A DNA stretch of 64,000 nucleotides from a virus (Duplodnaviria > Caudoviricetes): positions 1 through 64,000 of the IMG/VR virus record IMGVR_UViG_2844225640_000006; one strand, written 5' to 3'. Shown piece after piece: positions 47,125 through 57,111 of the stretch (positions are counted from its first letter, which is position 1; every line of letters begins with the position of its first letter). The translations under genes were made by a program, and so were the position numbers. The notes below the pieces were generated by a model. The model saw only the letters and a program-made list of their open reading frames with translations. It was not told the origin of the DNA and did not search any database.

Positions 47125-48702
47125 GTGAGCACACTCGTACCCACTGCAACGATCGAACAACTCTGCGCTTATCGCGATGAAGCAATTCGTTTGTACGAAG
47201 AAGCATTTGAGAAAATAGCCGAAGCATCGACCGCCGTCACGAAGGCAGGCTTGATGTGGGAGGCCGCTTCTCCCGGTAAGCCGAGCCGCCATTACGACGG
47301 CGCCGAGGAAGTCAAGGAGTTCTTCCGGGCCGTCAACCTGCCTGACCGTGACCGCTATCTGCGCACCGCGCGCCGTCTCATCGACGTTACCGTATGGACC
47401 CACGTCATCGACATCGCTGGCATCGAACAGCTCATGGACATGCAGGCCAAGAACGAGCTGCGCGACCAGATGAAGTATGTCCCGGAGCGCACCGGCCGCA
47501 ATGGTGAGATCATCAATCAGGATGAGATCGACCGCATGCTGCCGCCCGTCACCCCGGAGAACATCTACGCCACGCTCGAGCGATTCCAAGGTGATGCCGA
47601 GATGATCTTTCGGCGCGGCATCGTCAATGTCTTCACGAAGTTGGACCGTCGCTTCCGTTCGCACGACGGATTCAAGGTCGGCTCGCGCATGATCATCGAT
47701 TACCTGCTGCGCAGCAGCACGCATCTGTATGGTGATCGCGCAGATATGCTGACCGATGTAGAGCGAACGTTCCTCGTGCTCGACGGCAAGTCAGCGAAGG
47801 CCAGCTATGCGGGCATCGTCGAAAAGATCAACCGCGAGAACCCAGGGAAATGGAATCAAGCAGTGCAGTTTGAGGTGGTTTCCGAATACTTCAAGGTCCG
47901 TATCTTCAAGAACGGCAACGCCCATCTCTGGTTCAGCCGCAAGGATCTGGTGAAGAAGGTCAATGAGATCCTGGCCGACCACTACGGCGAGGTGATCGGC
48001 GACGGGATGACGAAGGAGGAAGATCCTCTCAAGAACATCAAGACCACACCGGCTCGCTACTTCGGATTCTACCCCACGTCAGACGCGACTGCCGAAAAGG
48101 TTATCAGCCATGTACGCCTGCTCCAGCGAAAGGACGAGCCCCAGATACGCATCCTTGAGCCGTCGGCCGGGACCGGCAACCTTGCCCGACGCTGCCTTAG
48201 CACCCCGGCTGCCCTCGATAAATGGTCCGGCGGCCGCGACCGCTACATAGATCAGTACCGCATGGACAATGTGGTCGACTGTGTAGAGGTGCAGCCGCAC
48301 CTAGCTCACCAACTCGAGGCACAGGGCGTCTACGGCCGCGTAGTCTGCGCCGATTTCCTGTCGCTCCGGCCGGATTCGTCTCGCCTCTATGACAGAGTAG
48401 TCATGAACCCGCCCTTCGACCGGGAACGGGACATCGACCACGTCGTGCATGCCATCCAGTTCCTCAAGCCGGACGGGCAGCTCGTCGCCATCATGTCGGC
48501 CGGGACTGAGTTCCGGCAGACCGCCAAGTCCATAGCCTTCCGCAAGATGATGGAAGACATGGGCGCAGAATGGACTGATCTACCGCCCAATTCCTTCTCG
48601 GACGTGGGCACAAACGTGAACACCGGGTTCATCTCGGTCTGGAAGAACGGACGTAAGAAAACCGGCCGCTACGACAGACCGACTTGGCCGAAGGTGGGAT
48701 AA
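47125..48702 (+). CDS. DUF4942-like domain plus SAM-dependent (amino) DNA methyltransferase
   Basis: FKNGNAHL.F, FYPT, ILEPSAGTG, VMNPPF, LKP.G.LVAI; GGAG SD favours GTG 47125. Confidence 0.85.
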   Translation: MSTLVPTATIEQLCAYRDEAIRLYEEAFEKIAEASTAVTKAGLMWEAASPGKPSRHYDGAEEVKEFFRAVNLPDRDRYLRTARRLIDVTVWTHVIDIAGIEQLMDMQAKNELRDQMKYVPERTGRNGEIINQDEIDRMLPPVTPENIYATLERFQGDAEMIFRRGIVNVFTKLDRRFRSHDGFKVGSRMIIDYLLRSSTHLYGDRADMLTDVERTFLVLDGKSAKASYAGIVEKINRENPGKWNQAVQFEVVSEYFKVRIFKNGNAHLWFSRKDLVKKVNEILADHYGEVIGDGMTKEEDPLKNIKTTPARYFGFYPTSDATAEKVISHVRLLQRKDEPQIRILEPSAGTGNLARRCLSTPAALDKWSGGRDRYIDQYRMDNVVDCVEVQPHLAHQLEAQGVYGRVVCADFLSLRPDSSRLYDRVVMNPPFDRERDIDHVVHAIQFLKPDGQLVAIMSAGTEFRQTAKSIAFRKMMEDMGAEWTDLPPNSFSDVGTNVNTGFISVWKNGRKKTGRYDRPTWPKVG

Positions 48703-48739
48703 GAGGGTAAGTGTGAGTCAGTAACAACGAGGGATTCCC

Positions 48740-49192
48740 ATGTCGCAGAAACCATCATCGAAGCTTATCGCCAAGGCGCTACCCAAGGGTGACCGCTTCA
48801 CCGGACAATTTTCATTACCCGGACTGATCCCCGATCTCGTGCGGGGTAGGGATGGCAACATCCAATTCTTCGACACGGAACAGCAAGCGTACGTTGCAGC
48901 AATGGAAGCGGTGATCCGTCTCTATGACAGCCGGACCATCGATACCCGCAAGGCTGGCGGCTACCGTCGCCTTACTGGAGCCGAGCTTGCTGTATTGCTC
49001 GATGAGGTTGACATCACGCCTACCTACTTCGCTGAGATCGTTGGCGTTCCTCAGCACCGGGTCATGAAATGGCTGGACGGAGAGCAGGACATCCCGCACT
49101 CCGCCCATGTACTGGTCAAGCTTATGAAATTGAACGACGACAACTTCCGTGTCGCAGAAGAAATCACAGAAGAATATCGAGAGAGCTCATGA
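48740..49192 (+). CDS. Protein with C-terminal HTH
   Basis: LT.AEL..LL......FAEIVGV....V.KWLDG...IP. Confidence 0.65.
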   Translation: MSQKPSSKLIAKALPKGDRFTGQFSLPGLIPDLVRGRDGNIQFFDTEQQAYVAAMEAVIRLYDSRTIDTRKAGGYRRLTGAELAVLLDEVDITPTYFAEIVGVPQHRVMKWLDGEQDIPHSAHVLVKLMKLNDDNFRVAEEITEEYRESS

Positions 49193-49449
49193 AAACGGCA
49201 ATCAATCACTTCCGAGTCTGGGTCATTCGTATGGGCTTCAATCAGAAGCAGATAACCGCAGCAGCCAACACGATTGGCATCCAGAACTCGGTCACGGCGA
49301 GCCTTACTTTCAATGGTAAGCGCGAGCTCACCTTGACCGAGCGCCTTGCGATGTCAGCAAGGCGAGCTGGTTTGCAGCCCTGGACTCCCGACTACGACGC
49401 CGAACTGACGGAGGCATCTCCGGTACGTCACGATGCCAGCGCTGTTTGA
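49189..49449 (+). CDS. Small HTH-like protein
   Basis: F..W..RMGF......AA..IG, RLAMSA..AGL.PW; ATGA overlap. Confidence 0.6.
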   Translation: MKTAINHFRVWVIRMGFNQKQITAAANTIGIQNSVTASLTFNGKRELTLTERLAMSARRAGLQPWTPDYDAELTEASPVRHDASAV

Positions 49450-50140
49450 AAGCAGCGTTGTTCATATAGCCGAGCTGCTTCCCTACCTTATCCAGACCGT
49501 AATGCAGGGCGAGAATCGTCTTCAGTCTCTGCTTCCGCTTGGTCCCTCGCTTGTCTGCCTTCCGGCTTTCCGGCCATAGATCAAGCCATTCATCCATAAC
49601 GACAACCGCCTCGAGCATCTGGTAAACCCACTCGTCACCGATGGCACTCTTCAGTCGTTGCAGGATCTTGCGACAGTCCACCTGATAACTGACGATGTCC
49701 GTCGGGCCGAAGCCTCCGCCGCCTGTTCCTTCAAGGTTGGCTGACTTCAGCACCTTGACCTGCGCTCCCTGAACGAGATCCCTAAAGCGAATGGCGGTGT
49801 GAAACCGCACACCGCCCATTCCATCTTCGTCCGGTCCCAATTCCATTTCCCCATTCGATACCAGAAATTCGATGGGGCTGGCCTGCGCATTAAGAATCGT
49901 AACGGCGTCTCTTACATCGAGGAATGACCGGCGCTCCGGCATAGTGGCGACGACGTCATCTCCTAGCGTGTCGGATGCCATCACCCTGCCAATCATTTCA
50001 TACATCCGCGAGCGCTGCTCATCGAGCTCCTCGCCTCGACCATAGAAGGCGACCAGTGGAAGGACACCTGGCTTGAGCGTTTCGCTCGCTTGTTCCTTCG
50101 CTGCCTTCAGCCGGCCCATCAGTCTCTTGCTGGCAGTCAT
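49328..50140 (-). CDS. Hypothetical protein (position typical of a late transcription regulator)
   Basis: 270 aa, AAGGAG SD, last gene of leftward operon. Confidence 0.55.
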   Translation of the reverse strand: MTASKRLMGRLKAAKEQASETLKPGVLPLVAFYGRGEELDEQRSRMYEMIGRVMASDTLGDDVVATMPERRSFLDVRDAVTILNAQASPIEFLVSNGEMELGPDEDGMGGVRFHTAIRFRDLVQGAQVKVLKSANLEGTGGGGFGPTDIVSYQVDCRKILQRLKSAIGDEWVYQMLEAVVVMDEWLDLWPESRKADKRGTKRKQRLKTILALHYGLDKVGKQLGYMNNAAFKQRWHRDVPEMPPSVRRRSRESRAANQLALLTSQGARSR

Positions 50141-50469
50141 GTCCGACTCCTTGCGCCCTTCCTCTGCGAACCACGCAGCGGGATAATCTTCATTGGTATC
50201 CGGTCGAGAAGCCCGCCATCGGTAAGCGTTCCGTCGTCTTGCTCCCGGATCTCCAGCAACTCGCTCAGTGCTTTGCTTCGCTCTGAATCTGTCATGGCTG
50301 AGCGGTTGGCGTAAGGGGAGCGGGTGACCAATCCAGATATTTGTTTCGGCCTTTTCATCAGGACGGTGGCTATGCTCCGCTCCGACATTCCGATGACCCA
50401 CAGCACCCACGCCACATAAACATCGCGATCGGAGTGCTTGATAATCTTCAAGGTTTCTTCTTTGCGCAT
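50137..50469 (-). CDS. Hypothetical HTH-like protein
   Basis: LW..GMSER.IA..L......I. Confidence 0.55.
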   Translation of the reverse strand: MRKEETLKIIKHSDRDVYVAWVLWVIGMSERSIATVLMKRPKQISGLVTRSPYANRSAMTDSERSKALSELLEIREQDDGTLTDGGLLDRIPMKIIPLRGSQRKGARSRT

Positions 50470-50780
50470 CGCTTTGCCCGTCCTTTGTAGGTTACTGAAA
50501 TCGTGCGGGTCTTGCCCTTCTGCCTCACCGATTCCTTGAACGCGCCTTCCGCTTTAGCCATCTCGGCTCCGGCTATTTCACCGAACCGGTGGAGATGGCC
50601 GTTGACGTAGCGGACAAGGTGCTTGTTCAATGCTTCGAGTGCGCTCTCCCTTGTCGGGAAGATCTGCGGCTTGCCTCCGACCCCGAGAATGGGCTTGGCT
50701 TCGCCGTCCATTGATGTCCGCAGGAAGGCTTTGAACCCGCCGCTGAACTGCTTCTGCGTGTACGTTTCAAACTGGTTCAT
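50448..50780 (-). CDS. Hypothetical protein
   Basis: GAGG SD; 110 aa between helicase and next gene. Confidence 0.55.
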   Translation of the reverse strand: MNQFETYTQKQFSGGFKAFLRTSMDGEAKPILGVGGKPQIFPTRESALEALNKHLVRYVNGHLHRFGEIAGAEMAKAEGAFKESVRQKGKTRTISVTYKGRAKRCAKKKP

Positions 50781-50788
50781 GACTGACC

Positions 50789-52183
50789 TCACATCCCTGC
50801 CGTGTCTTCCCACAAGGTGGTCTGTGTGACCTGATCCTTGAACAGGGTAAGCTTCCCATCCCAATCGAAGATGTGCCTGTCGCGCGGCGTCCCAAAGCGG
50901 TCCTTCAGTTTGTAGATTTCAATCTTCCCTCTCGAAACCTCGAGGTCTGAGTCCCACTTCTCCCGGCCTTTTCCGTTGGAAGAGGGTGGGTTTTTCTTCA
51001 GCCAGTCGTATCGGTTGAAGTTGGCGAGCATGATGTCCGCGTGTTCTTCGAGCGACCCACCGTAGAAGTCTTCCATCTCAGGCTCCGGGTGCTCCTTCTG
51101 ACGAGCTGCCTTGGTGAACTGGCAGAGGCCGATCACAACGCAGTTAAGATCCTTCGCCAATGCCTTGAGATCACGAGCGTTTTCATATGCGCGTTCGACC
51201 GGGTCCATGCGGTTCTTCGTTACACGATCGACCAGCTTCAAGTGATCGACGCAGAGAAGATCAAGGCCGAACTTACGCTTGTGAGCGAAGGCTCGGCTGC
51301 GGATCTGCTGGATGGTCATCTTCGACGGCGACACAATGGTCAGCTTGCGGTCTTGGAAAAACTTCTCCGCCTGCATGAGAGATTCCATCTGCTTCTCGTC
51401 GATGCCGCGCAGGATGTCGCGCATGGAGACGCCGGTCTGCCCGGCCACCGAGCGCGCGACCAGCGCCATGTTGTCCATCTCCAGCTCGAAGAGAGACGTT
51501 GGGTGGGAGACGGAAGAGAACAGCATTTGCTGCATCGCCGCTGCCGTCTTGCCCGAGCCGGGGTTACCGCCCCACAAAACCAGCGATCCCTGTGGGAAGA
51601 GCCCGACCATCTGTTCCAGCCCCTTGAGGCAAGGGCGCAATGCCATGCCGCTTCCGTGCTGTGTCGCAGATGTATAGATCTGTCGGATCGTGCTCGACAC
51701 GCTGGCTTCATGCTCAATGGCGGCGTTGCGCGACATATCCGCAAGGCGTTCGGATGCGCGGTCGATGATCTGATCAGGGTCGAGGTTGATGTCGTTGGCC
51801 GACTTCAGGATTCCTTCGGCCAGTGCCTTGATCTTGCGGCGGCTGGCTGTCTTGCGCAGCTCATAGGCATAGTCTGAAAGAGGCAGCTCTTCTTCACGGC
51901 TGGCAACGTGCAGGAGCATGGACAGATAGGCGTCCGGGTCTTGATCGTTGCTCAGCGAGCCGAGACGGCCTGCCACGATGGGAACGCGCACGGCTCGACC
52001 ATCACTTGCCAGCTCATAGATCACAGCGAAGATCTTCTGATGATCGTTCGATGCGAACATCTCCATGTTCATCAGCTCCTGGATGTTCCAGTAGTTGGCT
52101 TCGTCCAGGAGGATGGCGCCGAGGATAAGCTGCTCGATCTTGATGTTGCTATAGGTATTGGACGTTACGGATTCGTTGCTCAT
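50789..52183 (-). CDS. dnaB: Replicative DnaB-like helicase
   Basis: EQ.ILGAIL, GGNPGSGKT, FELEM, VDHL, LK.LAK.LN..VI.L.Q, SLEEHAD, K.R.G. Confidence 0.9.
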   Translation of the reverse strand: MSNESVTSNTYSNIKIEQLILGAILLDEANYWNIQELMNMEMFASNDHQKIFAVIYELASDGRAVRVPIVAGRLGSLSNDQDPDAYLSMLLHVASREEELPLSDYAYELRKTASRRKIKALAEGILKSANDINLDPDQIIDRASERLADMSRNAAIEHEASVSSTIRQIYTSATQHGSGMALRPCLKGLEQMVGLFPQGSLVLWGGNPGSGKTAAAMQQMLFSSVSHPTSLFELEMDNMALVARSVAGQTGVSMRDILRGIDEKQMESLMQAEKFFQDRKLTIVSPSKMTIQQIRSRAFAHKRKFGLDLLCVDHLKLVDRVTKNRMDPVERAYENARDLKALAKDLNCVVIGLCQFTKAARQKEHPEPEMEDFYGGSLEEHADIMLANFNRYDWLKKNPPSSNGKGREKWDSDLEVSRGKIEIYKLKDRFGTPRDRHIFDWDGKLTLFKDQVTQTTLWEDTAGM

Positions 52184-53270
52184 CGTTCTTCCTCAAGGTC
52201 CACACGTCGAGCCAGTCATCAGGCTCCGGGGACGCATAAATCACTGCTTCGAGGCCAGCCTCTCTGGCCCTCTTCTGAAGTTTCTTGGCCGCGGCTATGC
52301 CGGGTGGATCCACGATCTCTCCGGTCCTCTGGTGCAGGCGATGCCTGTCTCCATCCGCGTAGATCTCAAGGCGCTTGACGCCTTCTGGGATCTCCAACCC
52401 CATCATTCCCGAGGTGGACAACGCGGCCCACACAGAAGCTGGCTTGCTGGACAGGAGCGCTACCCCGAGACCTGTCTCGATGCCTTCCGTCAGCCGCAGC
52501 GTCTCCGTTACCGGCCCCAACCGCACGGCCCCGCCATTTGCAGGACCGAGACCGAGCTTCACCTTCCGGCCGTCCTCATTCACGAGGGCCTTGCCATTCG
52601 GCTGAAGGAAGATTCGCCAGATGGCGATCAGCTTGCGGTCCTTGTTCTGCACGCCGCCAATCAGGGCAGGGTGCTTTGCTCCTTGAAGCGAAAGCCCCGG
52701 ATGAAACCGGAGGCTTGGCATCCACTCTGTCCCTTCCGGGAAGTCTGCCAGCTCGATCGAACGAGACCGGAGGTATTCCTCAGCCAGTGTGCCGACTATC
52801 GGCTTTGCTTCTGCCCAGATGGAGCGAACCGTTTCCGTCTTCCTCTCCATGTCTTTCTGATCTTGTCGGGCGCGCTGCTCGTCGCGCCTTTTGCGGTCTT
52901 GTTCACGCTGGAATCGCTCGCGGCGTTCCTTCTCGGTCTCTTCCCTGCCGGGGAGATTAACCCCGGCGAGAGAGGCCACCATTTCCACCGCCCGAGGGAA
53001 TGAAACGCCGTCCAATTCCATGAGGAACTTGAAATGGTTGCCGGTAACGCCGCAGCCGAAGCAATGGTAGCGGCCCTTGCGATCCTCACAGTGGAACGAT
53101 GGGCGGTTTTCACCGTGGAAGGGGCAGCAGAACCAATAATCTCCACGGTTCGGCTTGCTCTTCTTGTTGTCGACGCTGGCGCGGGTCCGAATGACTTCCG
53201 ATATTGGGATGCGTTCTCGCAGATCTTCGAGGAAGCTGTCGGTAAACCGGCCGCTACCTCTCTCACGCAT
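52149..53270 (-). CDS. DNA primase (CHC2 zinc finger plus TOPRIM)
   Basis: CPFHGE.RPSF, HCFGCG, EGIETGL, ADGD, DWLD. Confidence 0.9.
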   Translation of the reverse strand: MRERGSGRFTDSFLEDLRERIPISEVIRTRASVDNKKSKPNRGDYWFCCPFHGENRPSFHCEDRKGRYHCFGCGVTGNHFKFLMELDGVSFPRAVEMVASLAGVNLPGREETEKERRERFQREQDRKRRDEQRARQDQKDMERKTETVRSIWAEAKPIVGTLAEEYLRSRSIELADFPEGTEWMPSLRFHPGLSLQGAKHPALIGGVQNKDRKLIAIWRIFLQPNGKALVNEDGRKVKLGLGPANGGAVRLGPVTETLRLTEGIETGLGVALLSSKPASVWAALSTSGMMGLEIPEGVKRLEIYADGDRHRLHQRTGEIVDPPGIAAAKKLQKRAREAGLEAVIYASPEPDDWLDVWTLRKNDEQRIRNVQYL

Positions 53271-53607
53271 TACCCTGTGCCCCCGCCATATACAGATCGA
53301 GATTGGCAAATATCGCTGCCACCGCAGTGGAACGACGAGCATCGGCTTCCGAGCGCACGTCCTTGCTGAGCGTGTCGTCGTACATATCGGCGAGAGCGCG
53401 GAAGTAATCCACCGCAGCAGTCGCATTAACTTCGGACAGCTCCTCGAGGAACGTGCTGACGCCGACCAGAACGAAAACCATCCCAGAGATGCCGGTCTCC
53501 GCGCAGGCGCGGTTCGTGGCGTGGACCAGATGTCGGTGAACCGCATCGCGGATCGCCTGTTCCTGCTCTGGAGTGACGCGCACCACCGGCTTGATTGGAT
53601 TGCTCAT
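53263..53607 (-). CDS. Hypothetical protein
   Basis: AGGAG SD, coupled to both neighbours. Confidence 0.6.
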   Translation of the reverse strand: MSNPIKPVVRVTPEQEQAIRDAVHRHLVHATNRACAETGISGMVFVLVGVSTFLEELSEVNATAAVDYFRALADMYDDTLSKDVRSEADARRSTAVAAIFANLDLYMAGAQGNA

Positions 53608-54194
53608 AGGAAATTCTCCTGCTGGAAAGACCGTCCGCGATCAAAGGCGTGGTCCGGTTCATTCATGATGCGGAGGGCGTCGAGCATGCACAGCGCTTCC
53701 GCCTCATCCTCAGTCGAGTAAGACCAGCCGTTCTTGTCGCAGTACGTTTTCGCCTGCAGCTTGAACCACTTGGATCTTTCGGCCTGCTTGGCCTTCTTCA
53801 TGGCGTCAGGCACACGGAGCTTGCCGTGTGTCTTCGAGCGCCATGTCGAGATCGCTATGAACTGCGGATCCCGCAGCCCCATCGTGTGACACAGAGTCTG
53901 TGCATGGGTAGGCCAGCCCGACGAGAAGATGACCTGCTGCGCATCGATGGCTGACTTGCCACCGGGGGTGCCGTGATCGACGATGGTCATCAGCTCTATG
54001 CCAACGAGCGGGTCGGGCAGGGCGCTCAGCGTGCGCTTCAGGTACTGAACGAAGGTGGCATATGCCTCTCCCGCGCTCTTCTGATTGAACTTCCAGGTGC
54101 CGTGGCGGATGTTCTCTCCACCGGCCAGACAATAAGCAAAGCCCATTGACCGGCCCGGATCGATAACAAGGTAGCTTCCGGGTGAATCGCTCAT
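53604..54194 (-). CDS. RuvC-like Holliday junction resolvase
   Basis: LVIDPG..MGFA, IE, .TWR, DEAEAL..L. Confidence 0.75.
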   Translation of the reverse strand: MSDSPGSYLVIDPGRSMGFAYCLAGGENIRHGTWKFNQKSAGEAYATFVQYLKRTLSALPDPLVGIELMTIVDHGTPGGKSAIDAQQVIFSSGWPTHAQTLCHTMGLRDPQFIAISTWRSKTHGKLRVPDAMKKAKQAERSKWFKLQAKTYCDKNGWSYSTEDEAEALCMLDALRIMNEPDHAFDRGRSFQQENFL

Positions 54195-54757
54195 GCCGGT
54201 CGCTCCGCATAGAGAAGACGGGCCGGGGCAGGGAACAGAGGTTTCGGCCCCCAGACGTACCAAGCATGGTCTTCGGTCCCTGTCTGGCCGTTGCCTTCCC
54301 AGCTAATGCGATCGACGAGAACGATCTTTGCGAGGAAGCGTGGGTTGTCAGCGAACAAATGTTTGCGGGTCTTGCCGCTGTCGAACTTCGCTGTCAGGAG
54401 CAGCGCCACATTGCCAGCGCAACGCGCCAGCGCCTTCTCTGCAAACTTGACCGCAGTACGGTTCTGCTTGCCGTAAGGTGGGTTGGTGACGATGGAGTCG
54501 TAGACCTCGTAATCATCCCGGTCAGACAGGAAGTCGAAGATCTCGTCGTGTTCGCGGTAGTAAGTCTCGATGTCAGAGGTGTAGACCTCCGCCCCGTTGG
54601 CCCTCAGCACGTCAGCCATCTTGTGATTTCCGGCCGCTGATTCCCAAACGTTGTATCCGCGCACGGGAAAGTATTTGAGCAGGGCTTCTGTCGCCCACGC
54701 CTCTGTTTCGTAAAGCTCGTTCTTCTTCAGGTCATATCCAGATGCGGTGACGGTCAT
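54191..54757 (-). CDS. Small DNA adenine methyltransferase
   Basis: YET..W, VWESAAG, SDI, IVTNPPY, HAWYVW. Confidence 0.85.
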   Translation of the reverse strand: MTVTASGYDLKKNELYETEAWATEALLKYFPVRGYNVWESAAGNHKMADVLRANGAEVYTSDIETYYREHDEIFDFLSDRDDYEVYDSIVTNPPYGKQNRTAVKFAEKALARCAGNVALLLTAKFDSGKTRKHLFADNPRFLAKIVLVDRISWEGNGQTGTEDHAWYVWGPKPLFPAPARLLYAERPA

Positions 54758-55137
54758 TCTTTCCTCCCGACGGCGCGCATCACGCGCTTTTCCATCAGTG
54801 CTATTCGTTTGTTGAGCTGTCTGGAGAACCAGACGAGGCGGTACTTGATGGGTTCGCCGGACCTCGGCTCGCTGATGAGCCGCATGAATTTTCCGTATGG
54901 CGTTGAACCCTTGAGGCGGTTGCAGGGAGCACACGCTGCCGCGATGTTGTCCTTGCTATCGAGACCTCCGGCCGACCGCGGCTTGATGTGCTCGCGGGTT
55001 ACCTGTTTGACTGTCAGCGGATCGAGACAGTAGATGCACTTGCCGCCCTGCTTCTTCAGCGCCGACTCCCTGTCGGCTCGGGCAAATGCTGCGTCCAGTT
55101 TGGACTGCTGGAACTTCGAAAGACGCCCCTTAGCCAT
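54754..55137 (-). CDS. HNH endonuclease
   Basis: C.YC, T.EHI.P.S.GG....N...AC..CN..KG. Confidence 0.88.
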   Translation of the reverse strand: MAKGRLSKFQQSKLDAAFARADRESALKKQGGKCIYCLDPLTVKQVTREHIKPRSAGGLDSKDNIAAACAPCNRLKGSTPYGKFMRLISEPRSGEPIKYRLVWFSRQLNKRIALMEKRVMRAVGRKE

Positions 55138-55295
55138 GGTCTCACCATGGAATCCGAGGTCGTCCGCGTGGTGACGAAACCATCGCGAGAACCTTTCAGT
55201 ATGATTGGGTGAGGTATCCGGTCTTACCGGTGAGCCGCGGCGCCGTAGCGCCGGGCTTATCTCTCAGATGGCATAAGTGCCGGGTTACACTGGCC

Positions 55296-55556
55296 TTAAC
55301 GGACAGGCGCGGGGATGTCGCATCCAGGCGTCGAGCCGTTATCGATAACGATCTGAGCCGCCTCAGTGACATGATCGAGGCGCTGATCGTCAAACCAGCA
55401 GCCCTCGGGCTTTTTCGTGGTGTCTTCGCTAACTGGCTGAAGAAGGGTTTGAGCGCACCCGGTGATGTATTCGCAATGGCCGGTAGCCACACCTTTGAAG
55501 CCAGTGATCTTGTCTGTGTAAGTATTTCCAAGGATGATGTTCATCTCAATCTCCAT
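55296..55556 (-). CDS. Conserved small phage protein
   Basis: LG...DKITGF.GV.TG...YITGC.Q..L.P, WFD..RL. Confidence 0.7.
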   Translation of the reverse strand: MEIEMNIILGNTYTDKITGFKGVATGHCEYITGCAQTLLQPVSEDTTKKPEGCWFDDQRLDHVTEAAQIVIDNGSTPGCDIPAPVR

Positions 55557-55598
55557 ATGTCTGGCATTATTGCCGGGGTGAATGCTGTAGGCTTTAGG

Positions 55599-56159
55599 TC
55601 AGATGGTCTTTTGGAAGTATTCTGCGCAGTCTTCGGCGTATGCCTGTCCAGTGTTGCGCCCGTTGAGTGCTGCTCGCCCCTTCGCCAAGATAGTCTGTAT
55701 GTCTTCGTTGCGTTTGATGGCGGCGGCCGTCTTACCTGCCTTTAAATTGCCTACCGACGCCCATTCCATATCCGTAGCGCCGACCTTCGCTACATAAACG
55801 CACATCCTCTTTTTCCTAGCGACGGTGATGAGAGTCCCGAAGGTTCTCCAGAGGGATTCGATGTCATTGGCGCCGTGAACCGCTGCCTCCTGTGCCATCT
55901 GGCCGAGCTGGCTTGAGGCGTAGCGCCGCTTCCCCTTCGGGGTGTGCAGTTCAACCATTTTCCGATCAAGGGTTCGACCCGCGCCATCGAACGCAGCTAT
56001 CATGGCGTCTATAATCTCAACGCCCACATCAATATTCATTTGGCGGCTGCCAACGCCGAGAATGTGGCGGTTCTTTTTCTGTGAGAAATCGCAGACAGTT
56101 TCAGCGTGCCTGCGGAAGTCGTCGCGAAATTCCTTCTCGCTCACAATGCGATTAGTCAT
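55599..56159 (-). CDS. Hypothetical protein
   Basis: 186 aa, AAGGA SD, overlaps upstream stop. Confidence 0.6.
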   Translation of the reverse strand: MTNRIVSEKEFRDDFRRHAETVCDFSQKKNRHILGVGSRQMNIDVGVEIIDAMIAAFDGAGRTLDRKMVELHTPKGKRRYASSQLGQMAQEAAVHGANDIESLWRTFGTLITVARKKRMCVYVAKVGATDMEWASVGNLKAGKTAAAIKRNEDIQTILAKGRAALNGRNTGQAYAEDCAEYFQKTI

Positions 56160-57111
56160 GGTGATAATCCTTTATGGTTGTCAGGAGCGCGAGTGAATAG
56201 TCGACCATGGACATATACTCGTCGACGGTCACTCGCGAATGGGAAGCGATGTGCTGGTAGACTGCCACGGGAGAGGCTTTCACCGTGGCGATGTTGCGGA
56301 TCGCACCGAATACAGAGATAGCGCGGTCCTTATCGGACGCGGTTTCGATAAAATCCGCGTCCTGATATTCATCATGCTCGGCATCGATCTCTGCTTTCTC
56401 TTCGTCAGTAAGATCGCGAGCGAAAGGAACTATTTCGGCCGTGTGGCCTTCGACAATGGCGACAGGCTTAGGCTTGCGAAGCTCCGCGTTCTCCAGCTGG
56501 AGGCGGCGGATCTCATCTTTAAACCCGGCTTCGATCTTTTGAGCCGCCTCGGTGACCGCAATGGAAACCCGCTCGTCCATCTCCTTTTCGACGGCGGAAG
56601 CCTTGCTCTCTGCCTCCTCAGCATCCTTCACCGCGAGATCTTTACCCCTTTCGAGCGCATTAGATTGCTTCTCGAGGTCTGATATGCGGGTCCGAAGCTC
56701 CTTTACTTGAGCAGCCGTAAAGACTTCACCGGCAGAAACACGTTCTGCGATAATGGCCTGAATGTCAGGTCCGGCTTTGGCTACTTCAGAGAGGGTAGAT
56801 GTTTTCATGTTTATCAATTTGATAAACATTTCAGGCTGTATTCCATTCGCGATCTCTATCATGCGATAGGCGCTTGCTTGCGGGATATGCGGGAGGCGAC
56901 GCGCCAACCACTTAACAAACCCCTCATCGCCACCTTTATACCTGTGTAGTTCTTGCGATTTTGCCAGCTCGCGTCCGATGTCTATTATGGCATCACGCTG
57001 AATACGATCGACGTTCTGTGCATGCTGCTCGATCCGCTGATTAACATCATTAGCGTCAATTGCCGTGCCCGTGAATTCCTCAAGGTCTGTTTGATGTGGC
57101 ATGGCGTTCAT
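56152..57111 (-). CDS. DUF3102-like DNA-binding protein with coiled coil
   Basis: I.IG.EL, G.F..WL, AYRM..IA. Confidence 0.6.
   Translation of the reverse strand: MNAMPHQTDLEEFTGTAIDANDVNQRIEQHAQNVDRIQRDAIIDIGRELAKSQELHRYKGGDEGFVKWLARRLPHIPQASAYRMIEIANGIQPEMFIKLINMKTSTLSEVAKAGPDIQAIIAERVSAGEVFTAAQVKELRTRISDLEKQSNALERGKDLAVKDAEEAESKASAVEKEMDERVSIAVTEAAQKIEAGFKDEIRRLQLENAELRKPKPVAIVEGHTAEIVPFARDLTDEEKAEIDAEHDEYQDADFIETASDKDRAISVFGAIRNIATVKASPVAVYQHIASHSRVTVDEYMSMVDYSLALLTTIKDYHHD

Noticed and set aside
51842-51871. Gapped match of unit U3 to the helicase gene (YAYE..., 13/20)
   Set aside because: Too many mismatches and expected by chance. By-eye searches for U2, U4 and U5 also found nothing convincing, but were not exhaustive
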